Shown piece after piece: positions 11,835-25,167 of a stretch of 64,000 nucleotides of DNA (position 1 is the first letter of the stretch; each line of letters begins with the position of its first letter). The DNA comes from Camelus ferus (taxonomy: Eukaryota). The notes beneath the pieces were generated by a model, which saw only the letters and a list, made by a program, of their open reading frames with translations, searched no databases and was not told the DNA's origin. The position numbers were made by a program, and so were the translations under genes. The DNA is taken from positions 106,766,001 through 106,830,000 of the forward strand of contig NC_045697.1 in the NCBI RefSeq assembly GCF_009834535.1, given 5' to 3'.

Positions 11835-12855
11835 GTTCACAACTTACAAAGAATTTATTAATGCAATACAGACCTTTTCTCAAATATTTTTCACAGAATT
11901 CCACACAGCAATCTACTAGAAAAGTAGAATTATACAACACCAAAATAACATTTTCTTAGTACAAATTGCTAATCAAAAGGAAGTGTGAAGATTGTAAAAC
12001 AAGTGTTGCTCAACACAGCACACGGGAGCCTCGGTTCTGGGACCCGGGGCGGGGGGAGCCCCAGCAAGGGCGCGGGCACTGCCGGCCCTCGGGGGGAGCT
12101 TTGGTACTTACATTTACTTTAAAAGAAAGAAAAAACAGAGGTTGTGAGCCTCAGAGCATTTCCATCATTTCACATTTTGGTGTGCTAAGAAGAGGACAGA
12201 TGAGGAAAACACTGTAAATATTTCACACTTGCTACAACAGTAGATCCTTTATGTTACTCACGCAATAAAATAAAATAGCCTCCCCCAAACCGTAATGTTC
12301 TAGGTCTAAGACATGCTTGAAGAATAATATTGACAGAAATAATTTGAGATGTTTTAAATTACATTTACCATAATTTAAACATTACTATTTAAATCCCAGA
12401 AATTTCACTGCTGCAGAAGCACAGTTGTCTGGAAAAATACAGGAGCCAAAGTACAGCATAACATTCCCTCATCCCAGTATCATAACCCAGGTCCCTACTG
12501 TTAAGATCATACATTTCTCGAGAGTACAGGTAAATGGGAAGTGTTTTTTTCCATAATATAACTAAAATAAGTGGGTTTACTTGCCCCACTGTATATTTCC
12601 ATAATTGGTGAAAATAGACTTCTTGTTATGACTAAAAATATAGATTTTTTTAAAACTACAGAACCCAGCAGCCAGTTTTCTGCTTTGCCATCCCCCCCAA
12701 AAAAGTCAAGCAAAGTCTACAAAAATAGCAATTAACATTAAAAAATATTTTGCTTCTTAGAGCAAATTTAAGTTACATTCAGGTGTGATAGCTGTTTGAG
12801 GCTCAGGGTACTCCCCCTGCCCGGGCTGGGCGAGGCTGATGTGCAGCCGCCTCCC
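11835..12855 (-). other. LRBA: LRBA 3' UTR (approximate end)
   Basis: AU-rich sequence between the LRBA TGA and the minus-strand AATAAA. Confidence 0.7.
11854..11859 (-). promoter_or_regulatory. Polyadenylation signal of LRBA
   Basis: TTTATT on + (AATAAA on -), about 1 kb downstream of the LRBA stop. Confidence 0.7.
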
Positions 12856-12946
12856 TCAGTAGCGGGTTTGGTACTCGTGGTGCCACCGGTTAAAGTCGTT
12901 GTAGAACAGGACGATGCTTCCCGAGGCCATGCCAGAAATGATGCAC
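12856..12946 (-). CDS. LRBA: LRBA last coding exon
   Basis: ccccAG acceptor. 1+90 nt encoding (R)[29 protein letters not shown], the LRBA C-terminus. Confidence 0.97.
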
Positions 12947-13649
12947 CTGGGGACACAGAGAAGGAGTGGTTTGCAGCCTGTTCATTTCCTAGGGACTAAA
13001 GAAAGAACTGCCCTCCCAAATCCACAAGGTGAATACAGAAGATGGCAGCCGACACTACAATCTGTGAGAACCAAGGTATGTTTTTCGACGACTAAAATGC
13101 AGTCTCGAGTAAGCTTAGAGTCGCTCCTCTGACACAGCACAACGATCCAGCTCACAGCTTGCCTTTATACTGCCGGTACAGCCAGTATGTTCAGGATGGG
13201 TCACTAACACCTGAACAGGCTACTTAACTGCTGGGGGGGGGGGGGGTTGGCTGCTGAGTCCAGATCTGAATCTGGTATCACAATCTACCTGTTGGTGGAG
13301 AAAGCGGCACACGATCAAGTGACAGAATCTCTCTGATATCAGAAGAGTAAGAAAGCAGAGGGTGGGCCATAATTTAGGCTGGGCTCTGCTCCACAGAAGA
13401 ATGTGCTCTGTCCATCATGTGAAGAGTAGGAGCTTTAGCCTCATAACACAGTGACTCACTGAAATCATCATTATAGATGAGAGCCGCTGCTTGCTTCCCC
13501 TGTCCCTGAGCAGGCAGTGCAGGGAGACAGATGGAGCAGTAAGACAGGAACTTTAGAGGAGCCTCTCCTGGGGGCAGAAGCCTATAATCTGAGACCTTTC
13601 GCTGTATGGCTTGCTTAGGACAGTCCTTAGATGCCATATTTAGCATCCT

Positions 13650-16580
13650 TAGTAGTACCTGATTATCAAAATTAGGAATGAAAATATGTCACTACAAAAA
13701 AATCAACTAAACACAAAAGAATGCAGTAATGAAATGAGAAAGTTCTAAGGCATGTAGAAAGCAAAGCAAATTGCTTATCAGTAATTTAAAGGGATTAAAC
13801 TCTGATCAAAAGGCAGAGAGACTGGCAAAATGAATAAACGTGATCAGACTATATGCCGTCTACTGTCTACTCAAAGATCGAAAGACAAAAACAGGTTAAA
13901 CATGAAAGGATGGAAGGGGATATTCCACACAAATAATGAAGAGAGCTGGGGTGGCTACCCAAATACTAGACAAAATGGGCTTTAAGTCAAAATATATGAC
14001 AGGAGACAAATAAGGACACTATACAGTGATAAAAGGGGCAATTCGTCAAGACGATACAGCAATTAATTACTAACACATGACCAAACAGCAGCGGCCCCAA
14101 GATACATGGAACCAGCACTGACAGACCTGAAGGGAAGAACAAACAGTCCTACAGTAACAGCTGCTGACTTGCATGCCCCACTTTCATTAATGGGCAGAAC
14201 CACCAGAAAGGAGAGTAGGAAACAGGAGCTGAGCCAGTACTAAAAACCAACTGGACCTGACACACAGATGAACACTCACCCAACAACAGCCGAATAAACA
14301 GATTTTTTTTTCTCAAATTCACATGGACTATTCTCCTAGATAAAGTATTTCTTCTAGTCGCAATAGAATTAAACTAGACATCATAATGGAAAACTGGAAA
14401 ATGCATAAGTTTGTGGAGATTAACCAATGGGTCAAAAAAGAAATCTCAAAGGAAATTACAAAATATTGACTCAAAGGAAAACAGACAAGCCAAAACTTCC
14501 AAGATGCAGCAAAAACTGGGAAATTTATAGCTATAAACACATTTATTAAAAGAAAAAAAAACTTTCACCCAATTCTGCACCTTAAAGAACTAGAAAAAAG
14601 TATGAACTAAACCCAAGCATAACAGAAGGAATGAAATAATAAAGATTAGAATGGAAATAGAAGCTGGAAAAATAGAGAAAATCAACAAAATCAAAAGTTG
14701 GTTTGTTGAAAGGTCAAGAAAATTTTAGACTAAGAAAAAGACTCAAATTACTAAAATCATGAAGTGGAGACATTATCACCACCAGTTTTATATAAATAAA
14801 AGATAATAAGGTAATACTAGGAAATTTATATGCCAATAAATTGGAAAACCTAGATGAAATGGAAAAATTCTTAGAAACACATATTCCAAAATTTAATCAT
14901 GGAGAAATAGAAAATCTGAATAGACTCAAAACTAGTGATGAGATTGAGCCAGTAATCAAAAACCTCCCAACAAAAAAAAAAAGCCCTGGACCAGACAGCT
15001 TCACTGGTGAATTCTACCAGTCACTTGAAGGGTTAACACCAACTCAAACACTTCTAAAAAACTGAAGAGAACAGTTCCTGAGTCATTTAATGAGGCCAAC
15101 ATACCCTAACATCAAAGTCAAAGACACTACAAAAAATTACAGATCAGTATTTCTTATGAACAGTGAGATAAAAATCTTCAACAAATACTAGCAAACCAAA
15201 TTCAGTGGTACATTAGGAGGATCATACACCATGACCAAGTGGGATTTATTCTGGGAACAAAAGGATGGTTCAACATACAAAAACAAATTGATGTAGTATA
15301 TATATCATACCAAGAGAATTAACAACCAAAAAACCCCACATGAACAAAAGGCATTTGACAAATCAACATCTTTTCATGATAAAAACACTCAAACTAAGAG
15401 TAGAAGGAAAATATCTCAACATGATAAAAGGCATTTATGAAAAATTCACAGCTAACACCATATTCAGTGGTGAATACTGAAAGCTTTTCCCCTGACTGGG
15501 ACCTGGAACAAGACAAGGATCCTGCTTTAACCACTTCCATTCAATATAGTACAAAAAGTCCTCGCCAGAGTAGTTAGGCAAGAAAAAGAAAGAAGAGGCA
15601 TCTAAATTGGAAAGGAAGAAGTAAAGCTGTCTCTATTACAAATGATAACGATCTTTATGTAGGAAACCTTAAAGATTCCACCCCCCCAAAAAAAAACCTG
15701 TTAGAGCTTATGAATTCAGCAAAGTCACAGGATACAAAATCAACACACAAAAATAAGTTGTGTTTTTATACAATGCAATGTACAATCTGAAAAGGAAATT
15801 AAGAGAACAATTCCATCATAGCAATAAAAAGAATAAAATACGCAGGAATAAATTTAACCAAAGAGGCAAAAGACTTGTATATTAAAAATCAGAAACTATT
15901 GGTGAAAGAAATTAAAGACATAAGTAAGTGTTTAAACACATCACACGTATATGGATTGGAAGACTTAATATTGTTAAAATGACAATACTAGCCAAAGAAA
16001 TCTACAGAGTCAAACTAACTCCTATGAAAATCCCAGTGTTTTTTTGCAAAAACAGAAAAACCTATCTTAAAATTCACATGGAATCTCTAAGGACCCCAAA
16101 GAGCCAAAACAATCTCAAAAAAGAACAACAAAATTGGATATCCCATACTTCCCGATTTCAAAACTTACTAGAAAGCTACAATAATCGAAACAATGTGGCT
16201 CTGGCCTCACGTCAGACATATGGACCAACGGAATAGAACAGAGAGCCCAGAACAAGCTCCCACATACAGGGACAGTCTTTTCAACAAGTAGTGCTGGAAA
16301 CACTGATACCCACATGCAAAAGAATGAGGTTAGAGACTTACCTACCATCATATACAAACATTAATTCAAAAAGGATCAAAACTAAATATGAGTTATTTGA
16401 CTCTCAGGAGAAAACATAGAGGAAAAGCTTCATGACATTGGATTTTGCAGTGATTTCTTGGATATGACACTGAAAGCACAGGCAACAGCAGAAAAAATTA
16501 GATAAATCAGACTTCATCAAAATTAAAAGCTTTGCACGTCAAAGGGTACTATGAGATGGAATGATGAAAAAGTTCTGGAA
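13650..16580 (+). mobile_element. Degenerate LINE-1 (L1M-type), ORF2 region with frameshifts and stops
   Basis: A-rich strand with L1 ORF2 peptides [11 protein letters not shown]...[15 protein letters not shown] (14841-15065) and WIGRLNIVKM (ORF 15928-16236), plus the RT-region motif catgaccaagtgggatttatt. Antisense to LRBA, in its last intron. Confidence 0.92.
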
Positions 16581-16980
16581 ATGCCAGATAGAGATACCAG
16601 ATAAAGGTTATCTCCCCAAAATGTAGGTTTTCAGAAATAAGCCAGGTTTCTCAATGGCATCATCACAGACATACAGACATTTCACATTAAACTTTATACC
16701 AGAAGATAAAGGTACTTTAAAGAAATACAAAAAGCTTTACAGCAATATAATTGGAGCCTTCGTTACTTAAATCCTGTCTATTCCTAGAGAACTCAGCCTT
16801 TGTCCAAGATTGGCAATGCCATCAGAAGGAAAATCACGCTTTAAAAAAAGTCTCTTGGAAAACCCCAATATTCAATGGCTTTTTTGATTGCACAGGTGAC
16901 CCTCACACCCCAGCCCATTTAAGTAAATTCCGTCCACAGGTTTTAAAGCCACCAGTAGTAGACCCTGATTCCAGTGTTAC

Positions 16981-17132
16981 CTCTGGTCATAGGACAGGGC
17001 CATGGCCCGGATCCCGGCATCGCAGCCTGGATAGGCAAAGAGCTGCTTGAGGTCAGACACCTGCCAGACCACGACCACACCGTTGTCTCCTCCCGTGAGC
17101 AGGTACTGCCCGTCCCGGCTCAGCTGGATGGC
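16981..17132 (-). CDS. LRBA: LRBA coding exon (WD40)
   Basis: 152 nt, phase 0-2, AG/GT bounded: AIQLSRDGQYLLTGGDNGVVVVWQVSDLKQLFAYPGCDAGIRAMALSYDQ(R). Confidence 0.97.
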
Positions 17133-17867
17133 CTAGGAGACAGGCAACATTCAGGAGAGATGTGGCTCGAGGAAAACCGCCCCCCACCCCACTTCTGATG
17201 AATTCCCCACAATGCAGCTACTGCAGCGCACAGAGAAGGGAGAGAGCTTGTATTCCTGAGGCTTTAGGAAATCATGAGTCATAGAAGACTTTTGCCATTG
17301 TTCCAAAATCAAATGGGCAAAGTCAGGCAATGTTAGAGGTTTTGTTTTTTGTTTTCTTTAATTTTTGCTGATAAAATTTTTGCTTTTTAAGGAAGAGGTG
17401 GCACACTCTTCCTGTTCTACGGTGTGTGCCGTGGATGGGGACCAGCTCTCTGTTGTGAGGAGCTTCCAGGCATCTCTCTGGTTGGAACGCAGACGTGCTA
17501 AGCCCATTTTGTGCCGAGGCCAAGCAGATAGCGCTAGATGACCTCATATCCCCAAGAACACCCTGCTGCCCCTGGGCTCCGGCCCCCCGGAGACCGCCTG
17601 CAGCTGGGGCGCCCTCCCTAGGCCCACGGGATTTTTACAGTGGCTGGGAAGACAGCTGGGTAGAGACCCACGACTTTCAGGTGCTGAAGCCCTGGGTTAA
17701 GCATTTTCTTCTTGCCCCAGGACCGACCGCTTCTTGCTGGTCACAAAGCACAGACGTGCAATTTGCTCTTCAGCCCCAAAAGCAGGCCACCCCCTATTAC
17801 ATACAACTTTTAAAATTTTTTCCACTGTTGGAAAAAAAAGTCAAAAGAATAATATTTCATGACGTGG

Positions 17868-18040
17868 CAATAATATGAATTCCAAGTTTCAGTGTCCATA
17901 AATAAGGGTTATTGGAACATAGCCACACCCATTCATTTCTGGCTATTTTCACATGTAATTGCAACAAAATATAGAGCCTGCAAAACCGAAAATATTTACT
18001 ATTTGTCCCTCTACAGAGAAAAGTGTGGCGACTCCTCTGA
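17868..18040. mobile_element. MER58-like hAT-Charlie fragment
   Basis: ttattggaacatagccacacccattcattt...gcctgcaaaaccgaaaatatttactatttgtccctctacagagaaaagt, the MER58 3' motifs as I recall them. Confidence 0.65.
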
Positions 18041-20305
18041 TATAAAAGGTCCCTCCCCATTCCAAAAGCTGATTGTCTTACCCCTTCCTCTCCTTTTCCC
18101 AGGTTATTGAGACACACATTTCCTTTCCTTACCTGGGTGGCATCGGGAGTTCTACAAGTCACTGCAAACACCTGTAGTCTTACGTCCACCAGGACACAGT
18201 GAACACAGGAATCCAGATTGTATGAGCGAGCCAGAAAGAAATTACCTACCTTCTGGAAAATATATTTACAGTCTTCTGCACTCAGAGTTTCAGTATAGTT
18301 GCCTTAAGTCTTTAATCTACATTTTGCTCCCCCAATTTTTTTAAATCATAGAAAATTAAGGACTATTTCTTAGCCATTCAATTCACATTCATGCAAATGC
18401 CAACTTTTAGAGATCTCCTAAATATAGCTTATTCTCAAGGACACAAAAATACATGTAACAAATAAAATCCCATGGGTGGAAGATAGTTACACGTAAGAAG
18501 TATTCTCTAAATTTTAACTAAATACAAATAGGAAGATTTTTCAATATGAGTAAAAACCAATATCCTTTCCTCCCATTCATTTCACAAATGGCCATCTCTA
18601 GGGGGTATCTGGGAAAGGCAATGAAGACTACAACAAATAATTATTTGCTACACTTATGAAATTCAGCTGATGAAAATCCATTAACCTCATGGTTGTGGTT
18701 CACTTGAGTTTTATAACTTGAGGCTTTTTACTGGATAAGTGCTATATTAAAACATAAATTAAAACCATTAATCTTTAATTCTTTGTTCCAGAGTAAAGAA
18801 TCTCTAATCCTAGTTCTGTGTTGAAATAAATAAGACCTGGACTTTCAGGACTACACATTTATCAGCATCTAAAACATTTTAATAAACCAGGTGCCTGCTG
18901 AGGCTAAAACATATTTTGTTGGCCTTTCTCATGAGGGACTTGTCAAATTTCCCTGGACGTAAGAGCCAGGGTAGCATTTCCTGAACAGCACCCTATCACC
19001 CAGACCAGCATTCACATAGTTCTTAATTCTAGTTATCAGGCAGGGTTGAGACTAGCGATGTAAGAGGGCCCTGAGGACATGTTACTTCATCCTCAGAAAT
19101 CCTGATGCCAGGACAACACTGAGGCTGCACTGGTTCTCAGGAGGCACCCACAGGCCACAGCTGTCTGCTGGGGACGATCACATCTTCAAACACAGCTTCC
19201 TCAGGAAGAGAAAATAAATGAGCTCCTCCGGGCGAAACGGTGGTTATCCCTTGTTAGGGATAACAGACCTTTCCTGCTCTAAACAGGCTGCCCACTTAAA
19301 TTTAAGCTACTCATTAAGACATCTAAACACTGCCTAGTTGATGTGCTATGATATGTTAACCAAATGCCACCGAACAATCTGGCATCTAAATAAAAACAGG
19401 TGGGCAGCCTTGATTAGCACAGAGGTTCCCCAGGCTGCCTGCCTGCAGGGTTCTCGGTATTTCAAAGAAACTTAATTTCTGATCTGAGCTAGTGACTAAT
19501 TTGTTTCCACAGTCTCCCATCCTTACAGGGGCTCCGACTGCAGGCCGGAGGTGGGAGTGCTGCTCCGTGATGTCCCTCCTTCGCAGCCTGCGGTTTCCTC
19601 CCCTCTGTCCCCAGGCAGTGAGCTGTGACAGGGCGTCTCTGGGGCCATGGGCAGGCGGGGCTCGTTTTAGGCCAGCTCGCTTTCATCACACAGTTGCCAC
19701 TTGCAAGTTAGCATGATAAAGTGCAGGAGTGCTGGGGGAAAGGCGGTGGATTGTTTAAGCCTAAAATCCAGCGGGAAATCTTGGAAAAAAACAATGGCCG
19801 TAAGGCAGAGAGGAAAGGCCTGCGCGTGGGAACAGGCTGCAGAAGGCTTCCTGCGACCGACCAGCCTCCAGGAGCTTCCCAGAGCTGTGGGTGCGAACCG
19901 AAATGCCACAGAAATGGTTTAAGCCAGCAAGGGATTTCAAATTATTTTACAGATTTATTAGTGTAGCTGACACTCTGATCACAACTCAGAGTGACAGATG
20001 ATCAGCATTATTATTGTGAAGAAAAGAAAGGAAAATCCTCTGATGTGCACTTGGTTAAATGAAGGAAGGGAAAAGCGAAAGCCGTGTGAGTGTCCCTGCG
20101 CAGGCCTCTGCAGCGGTCAAGATGCGATGGAGAAACCCACGGCGAGAAAGGGAGGCAGAAGAAAGCCGCTTGCTGAGTGAAGGAAGCACCCAGTGGGATC
20201 GACATTTAGGGTTTCTGTTCCTTTATACCTCCTGACCCCAGGATTTACGTGATAGAAAGGGGTGATCAGACCAGGTCTGGGAAACTAGGAGAACTTATGT
20301 CACCC

Positions 20306-20957
20306 TGTTAGCGCAGGCAGATAGCGAGATACGAGCAGAGAAAGGGGGACACACACCAAATGGCAGAAATTGGGCAGAAAGGAGGACCACAGGCCAAATG
20401 CAGGAAACCATACGTTATGCAGGCACCAGGGGTCCTTAGGTAGAGAAAGAAAAGCAGGAACCTCTGGGCTGGTAAGTGGTCACACCTTTGGGCGTGATAA
20501 GTGGCCCAGAGGCCAACAAAGAAAGGTGGGAAAAGGCAGGCATCTCGAGTGTTCAAGGGTAACCTTTTGCTCATTATGCCCTCATTTCAATAAAATTAGC
20601 CTTGCAGATTAGAAGTACCCATCATGCACCGACTCCACGAGACTTCCAATCCAGACTAAATAAGGACAAAATCCCTCCCCTAGGGAAGGTGGAGGTGGTT
20701 TGGAAGTCAGGGAATATGACCCCAAACCCTTCCCTCCCCAGTGAATATTCCACCCATTCATTCATACACTCTATGTAACCAACTTGCCAAAGAAACTTGG
20801 GGCAGCCGCTCACCTGAGCCTGCCCGCTCTCCCCTTGAGTGTACTATCCATCCTTTAATAAATTCTCACTTTACTTTTTTAACCTCTACGTCTTGTCTCT
20901 GAATTCTTTCTGGGACGGGACAAGAACCTGGAACACCGGCTGGATCCACCAGCAACA
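20306..20957 (+). mobile_element. Solo endogenous-retrovirus LTR (ERV1-like)
   Basis: TGTT...AACA termini, flanks ACCC/AGCC (4-bp TSD with one mismatch), AATAAA at 20857-20862 followed by a U5-like tract (gtcttgtctctgaattctttct...gacaagaacc). Confidence 0.75.
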
Positions 20958-21888
20958 AGCCAAGCTGGCCCAAGTCAGGAAAAACCACGAGTAAAATGGC
21001 CAGAACAAGCTTGAAGCCACACTCCCAGGGCAAAGGCCTCTGCGACCCTCTTGCCATCCCCAATGTGTCCTGGGTTCCCTCACTGTACCCGGTTCACGTG
21101 CACCTCCAACCCTATCCCAGAAGGTGACAGGAACACCGGCTTCATTTTACCTTCACCTGCATGAAGATGTTCGGAGGTGAGAAAAAAAGGACCTTGAAAA
21201 GGTAGCCTCTCCTAAGAGCAGTCCCTCCTCTCTTCTTCAGCCTCGAACACTTACTCCCGTCCTGAGAATGAAGCAGGACGCGCAGGGCCCGCCAGCACCA
21301 CCACTTCCCGTAGGCCGAAAGCAAAACCGTGCTGCCTGATGCACGTCAGAACCTGCAGCCCAGCTTCCCTAACCTGGTGAGTCTGGGTCTTGTTACCCGC
21401 CAAGAAGTCAAGTCTGAAATGGGATGCTGGTCCCACACCGTCAGAGCCCCGACCCCGCCCACCATCAGCCTGCTCAAAGGCAGACGGTCCAGTTGATGGA
21501 TGATCTGTGGCACTATTTTAGCTCTGAGACTCAGAAAACAACCACCTGCGGTGAACTTTCTTAGACAGAAAACCAGAAACAACAAAGAAAAAGAGCAGTG
21601 CCACTGAAAGCCACCCAGGATGGCCTCACACAACCTGAAGAGAAGCTCATGGGCTGCAGGTCCCTCCTGGGCCTCACCTGGTGGTCTCAGGCGCTGGGCA
21701 CTCGGATGCACTGGGGTCTGGGAGGTACCAGCCCCACCCCAGTGCCACCTCATGACTCCCTCTTGGAGTGGAAGAGAGAGCCTTGGTTACTAAAACCAGA
21801 AGTTTCTTTGGTGAACCCTCTCCCTCCTCGCTTGCCACACTTTGAGGTGAAAACACAGAAGGTTGAAAATTCTACAAGGTACACTCAC

Positions 21889-22085
21889 CCTTATGTTGTC
21901 ATCGGTTTCCATAGTGGCCTGGAGTTTTCCGTTCACACTGAATGTACAGAAGAAGCCATTTTCATAGAATATGACACAGTGACCCTCTCTTGAAGCCTGA
22001 ATGAGTCTTGGGTTCAGGCAGTTTTCAGGGCCCTCCAAAGTCCTCAACAAGTCTCCATTCATGGAATGTATGAGACATGGTCCTT
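21889..22085 (-). CDS. LRBA: LRBA coding exon (WD40)
   Basis: 197 nt, phase 1-0: (E)GPCLIHSMNGDLLRTLEGPENCLNPRLIQASREGHCVIFYENGFFCTFSVNGKLQATMETDDNIR, with a GTGAGT donor. Confidence 0.97.
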
Positions 22086-24837
22086 CTGAGAAAACAGGAG
22101 AAACAAAAGGCAAAATGACGTTTTTCCATGAGGACAGACAAATGTGGTCTGAATCTTGGCTGAGCACAGGTCCAGCAGGATGACAGTGCCATATTACAGC
22201 GGTTGAAGGCCTTCAAAAACGACATATTAGTTATTTTGTAAAACCTGCACGCTGGCTGGAACTCACCTTCCACTTGGGAGAAGAGAAAGCTAGGTTGTAC
22301 GTGTTCAAGTCCACTGCTCAAGAGACAGGAAGTTACTTTATGAAATTCATTATGCCAAGAGATGATAAAAAGTGGAGGAATTGAGAAAGGAACAGGACAG
22401 ATTTCAAATCCTAGAAGAGTTTCCCAGACAGCTGGGCCACTATCAAACATGGGGTGCCGCCAGGCACACTCTGATCCTCTACACCCCACCCTGCCACCTC
22501 CCGGGCTCTCTGGTGGTGGCATCTGGCCTGTGAGGGGGAGAACTCTAAGGTCCAAGCCTTCTTCCCTCCCACTGCTCACTGCTCTGCAGTGAACGCGGCC
22601 CCGGGTAGTCCACTCCTCGCCCCCAAGTAAATCCACACAGACATCCTTCTGCCACTTCTGCTTGGTGAACGAGCCTGCTTGCCTGCTGTCCCCTAAACCA
22701 AGAAGCCGCACCCACCGCTCCCCGCTCCCCAGGCTGACCTGCAGGCCTAGCTGCCCGAGGAGGATGGAGAATCTGCCCAGTAGCCCTTCCGAGCAGTGCT
22801 CGGTCATCTTTGCTGAGTGCCTGCTACAGGCGGAGCAGGGGAGTACGCAGCCAAAACTGCCTGTGTGACGAGTAGGTTCTAAGGAATGCCTGAGCTGGAC
22901 AGAAGTAGTAACTAGACAGTGTGTCCTGCTCCTCTCCACGCTGCATCACCTATTCCCCACGCGACTATTAAAGGTACCTCTCGGCTTATTGTTGACCACT
23001 CAGACCACTTTTCAGCATTCTCGATGTAAACACAGAAGGCAGTCTTTGCTCTGCACAGTTTCAGCATGCAGGAATTTCACTTATCGCTCTAAATAACCTA
23101 GTCCCTCAACACCACAGTTCAGACGTCAGTTCTCACAGTAATTAAGTAAAGTGCACATTTCATGGCCAGCTCTTCAGCCCACAAATCACTACAAATAGCA
23201 GGTGTGCATCATTTCAGGTGACTGAGCCCGTCACACCTTTCAGAGTCTCAGGGAAAGGTCCCCGCGTGTCTGTGACTCAGCTCGTGCACAGACAGCACAC
23301 TCTGTAGCTGTGTTGCCTCCTTGTCCACCAGTGATAAAACTATGACATTTTACACAAATGCATCATCGGAGGAGGGTGTCAGCCTACAAAGGTAAGTTAA
23401 CAGTAAGGACAAGAAAGGTGATGAAGCTGAAAGTGAAATGCGAATCAAACCTAAGTGGAGTTAGAGAAGAGCGAGTTGACCGAGGGAAAGCTGGGGCTGC
23501 TGAGACGCCGCAGATGTGCGTCCAGGGGACCTGACTGACGGGAGCTGGGAAAGTGGCTGTAACCAACATGAGGATGTCCCCGAAGAAGCGATGCCAGAAA
23601 AATCCTTCACATTAAAGAAAACCTAGGAGATGTTTTATGACACTGAAAGCACAGAAGACAAAATGTCGGAAGCTAATCCAATCTTAGGAAGGAGTCTGAC
23701 AACTGGTCAAGGCGCAGAAAAGATTCTCAAGTTACTTGGGCAGAAGGGGCAGGCACTGTTTAAAGTACTGTTGGTATGTTTTTCACAAAGAAATAAAATA
23801 CTTTCATTCTCAATGAAATGTTTTAAATTACAGTGTACTAAGTAAGTAAATGTTGAGTTTTACTATTTTCTTCATGTCCATATATATGTATGTGTACGTA
23901 TGTACATATAACACTGAACAGGAAAATGTTTTTATGTTTTGGTATAAATTTTTAAAGACCATGGAACAATCATAAAATCTCCCACTGGTTATTAAACTTT
24001 CCCATTGATTATTAGTAATCATAGTATTTCCCACTGAAATTATTGGTTTTCAGTCTCATTGCATGGTTCCATCTTGCACAGTCATTTTAATGGTCCCATA
24101 CCACCGTGCAAAGTGAGGACAGCCTGTAATATGACAGGTTTGTTTTATATGTCCGACTTGGATAACAGATAATCTAAGAACTCATGTTAGCTCAGGATAA
24201 ATGAAATCACTGGGTGTAAGAAGGAAAGAAACTCAGTAGTTACAGAATTCTTGCTATTGTTATTTCATTGTTTTGACCAACTAAATTTTTAACCACAATC
24301 TTCTTGCTAGCTTGACTTTTATAGTTCAAGACACAGATAAGGTGACTCAAAAACTCTACACATCTCCATTAGATAAACCTAAAAGACATGGGATTACAGT
24401 AGTTTTTTTGTGTTCAGACGTCATTCAGTTCAGGGCAGAAGGACAGAGAGATGGATAGACTATTACAGTCGAATAAGCAGTGAACTGGAAACAGCTCTGT
24501 TCCTGGTCAGATCCTGATGTGTTGTGTGTGCTCTTGGAAAGCTTGCTGAGTATTTTTGGCCTAAACATACGATGATGCAAAACTCCAGGCAAACCAGCTT
24601 AATTTAAGCATCTTTCCACTCCGTTCTCAAAGCCACCATGGCCCCTGCCTAGTTCAGAGACTTGGAAGGTAAAACAGACTGTGTCGGGAGTTCCCGTTCA
24701 GGTGTGAGATGGAACCCAGCCCAGTCGGAGTCCAGAAGGATAAACAAACATACAAAGGTGGTCCTTGTTCTTGCCCCACTCTTTAGAGCCAAGCTGTGAA
24801 ACTCAGCTTTCTGCAGTGATGGAAATGCTCCCCTTTC

Positions 24838-24990
24838 GGGGCTGTCCAACACAGTAGCCACTAGTCCTGTGTGAACACTGAGCCCCTGAAATGTGGCTAG
24901 TGCCACCAGGGAACTGAATTTTTAATTTCATTTCCTTTCAGTGAACGTAAACAGCCCCGTGTGGCTCATGGCTAGCGTAAGAGCGCAGCT
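24838..24990. mobile_element. MER3-like hAT-Charlie MITE
   Basis: gggctgtccaacacagtagccactag...gaaatgtggctagtg...gaactgaatttttaattt...gtgtggctcatggcta. Confidence 0.65.
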
Positions 24991-25065
24991 CTAGAGAAAG
25001 AGGCACCAAATTCATCCGCGGTGATCTGTGTCTAGGAGACACCCCACAAAGCGACGTAGATTTAC

Positions 25066-25167
25066 CGTTAGAGCCACTTAACACCAGGCCCAGCTCGGCA
25101 CAGGCGGCAGCACAGGTGACCTCGCAGTCGTGGCCCGTCAAAATGGCCCGCGGGGCGGCGGCCTCAC
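25066..25167 (-). CDS. LRBA: LRBA coding exon (WD40)
   Basis: 102 nt, phase 1-1: (S)EAAAPRAILTGHDCEVTCAAACAELGLVLSGSN(E). Confidence 0.96.

Noticed and set aside
22025..22939. 304-aa minus-strand ORF, the longest in the track
   Set aside because: Non-ATG start, overlaps the real LRBA exon in a different frame, and has no domain similarity that I can recognise.
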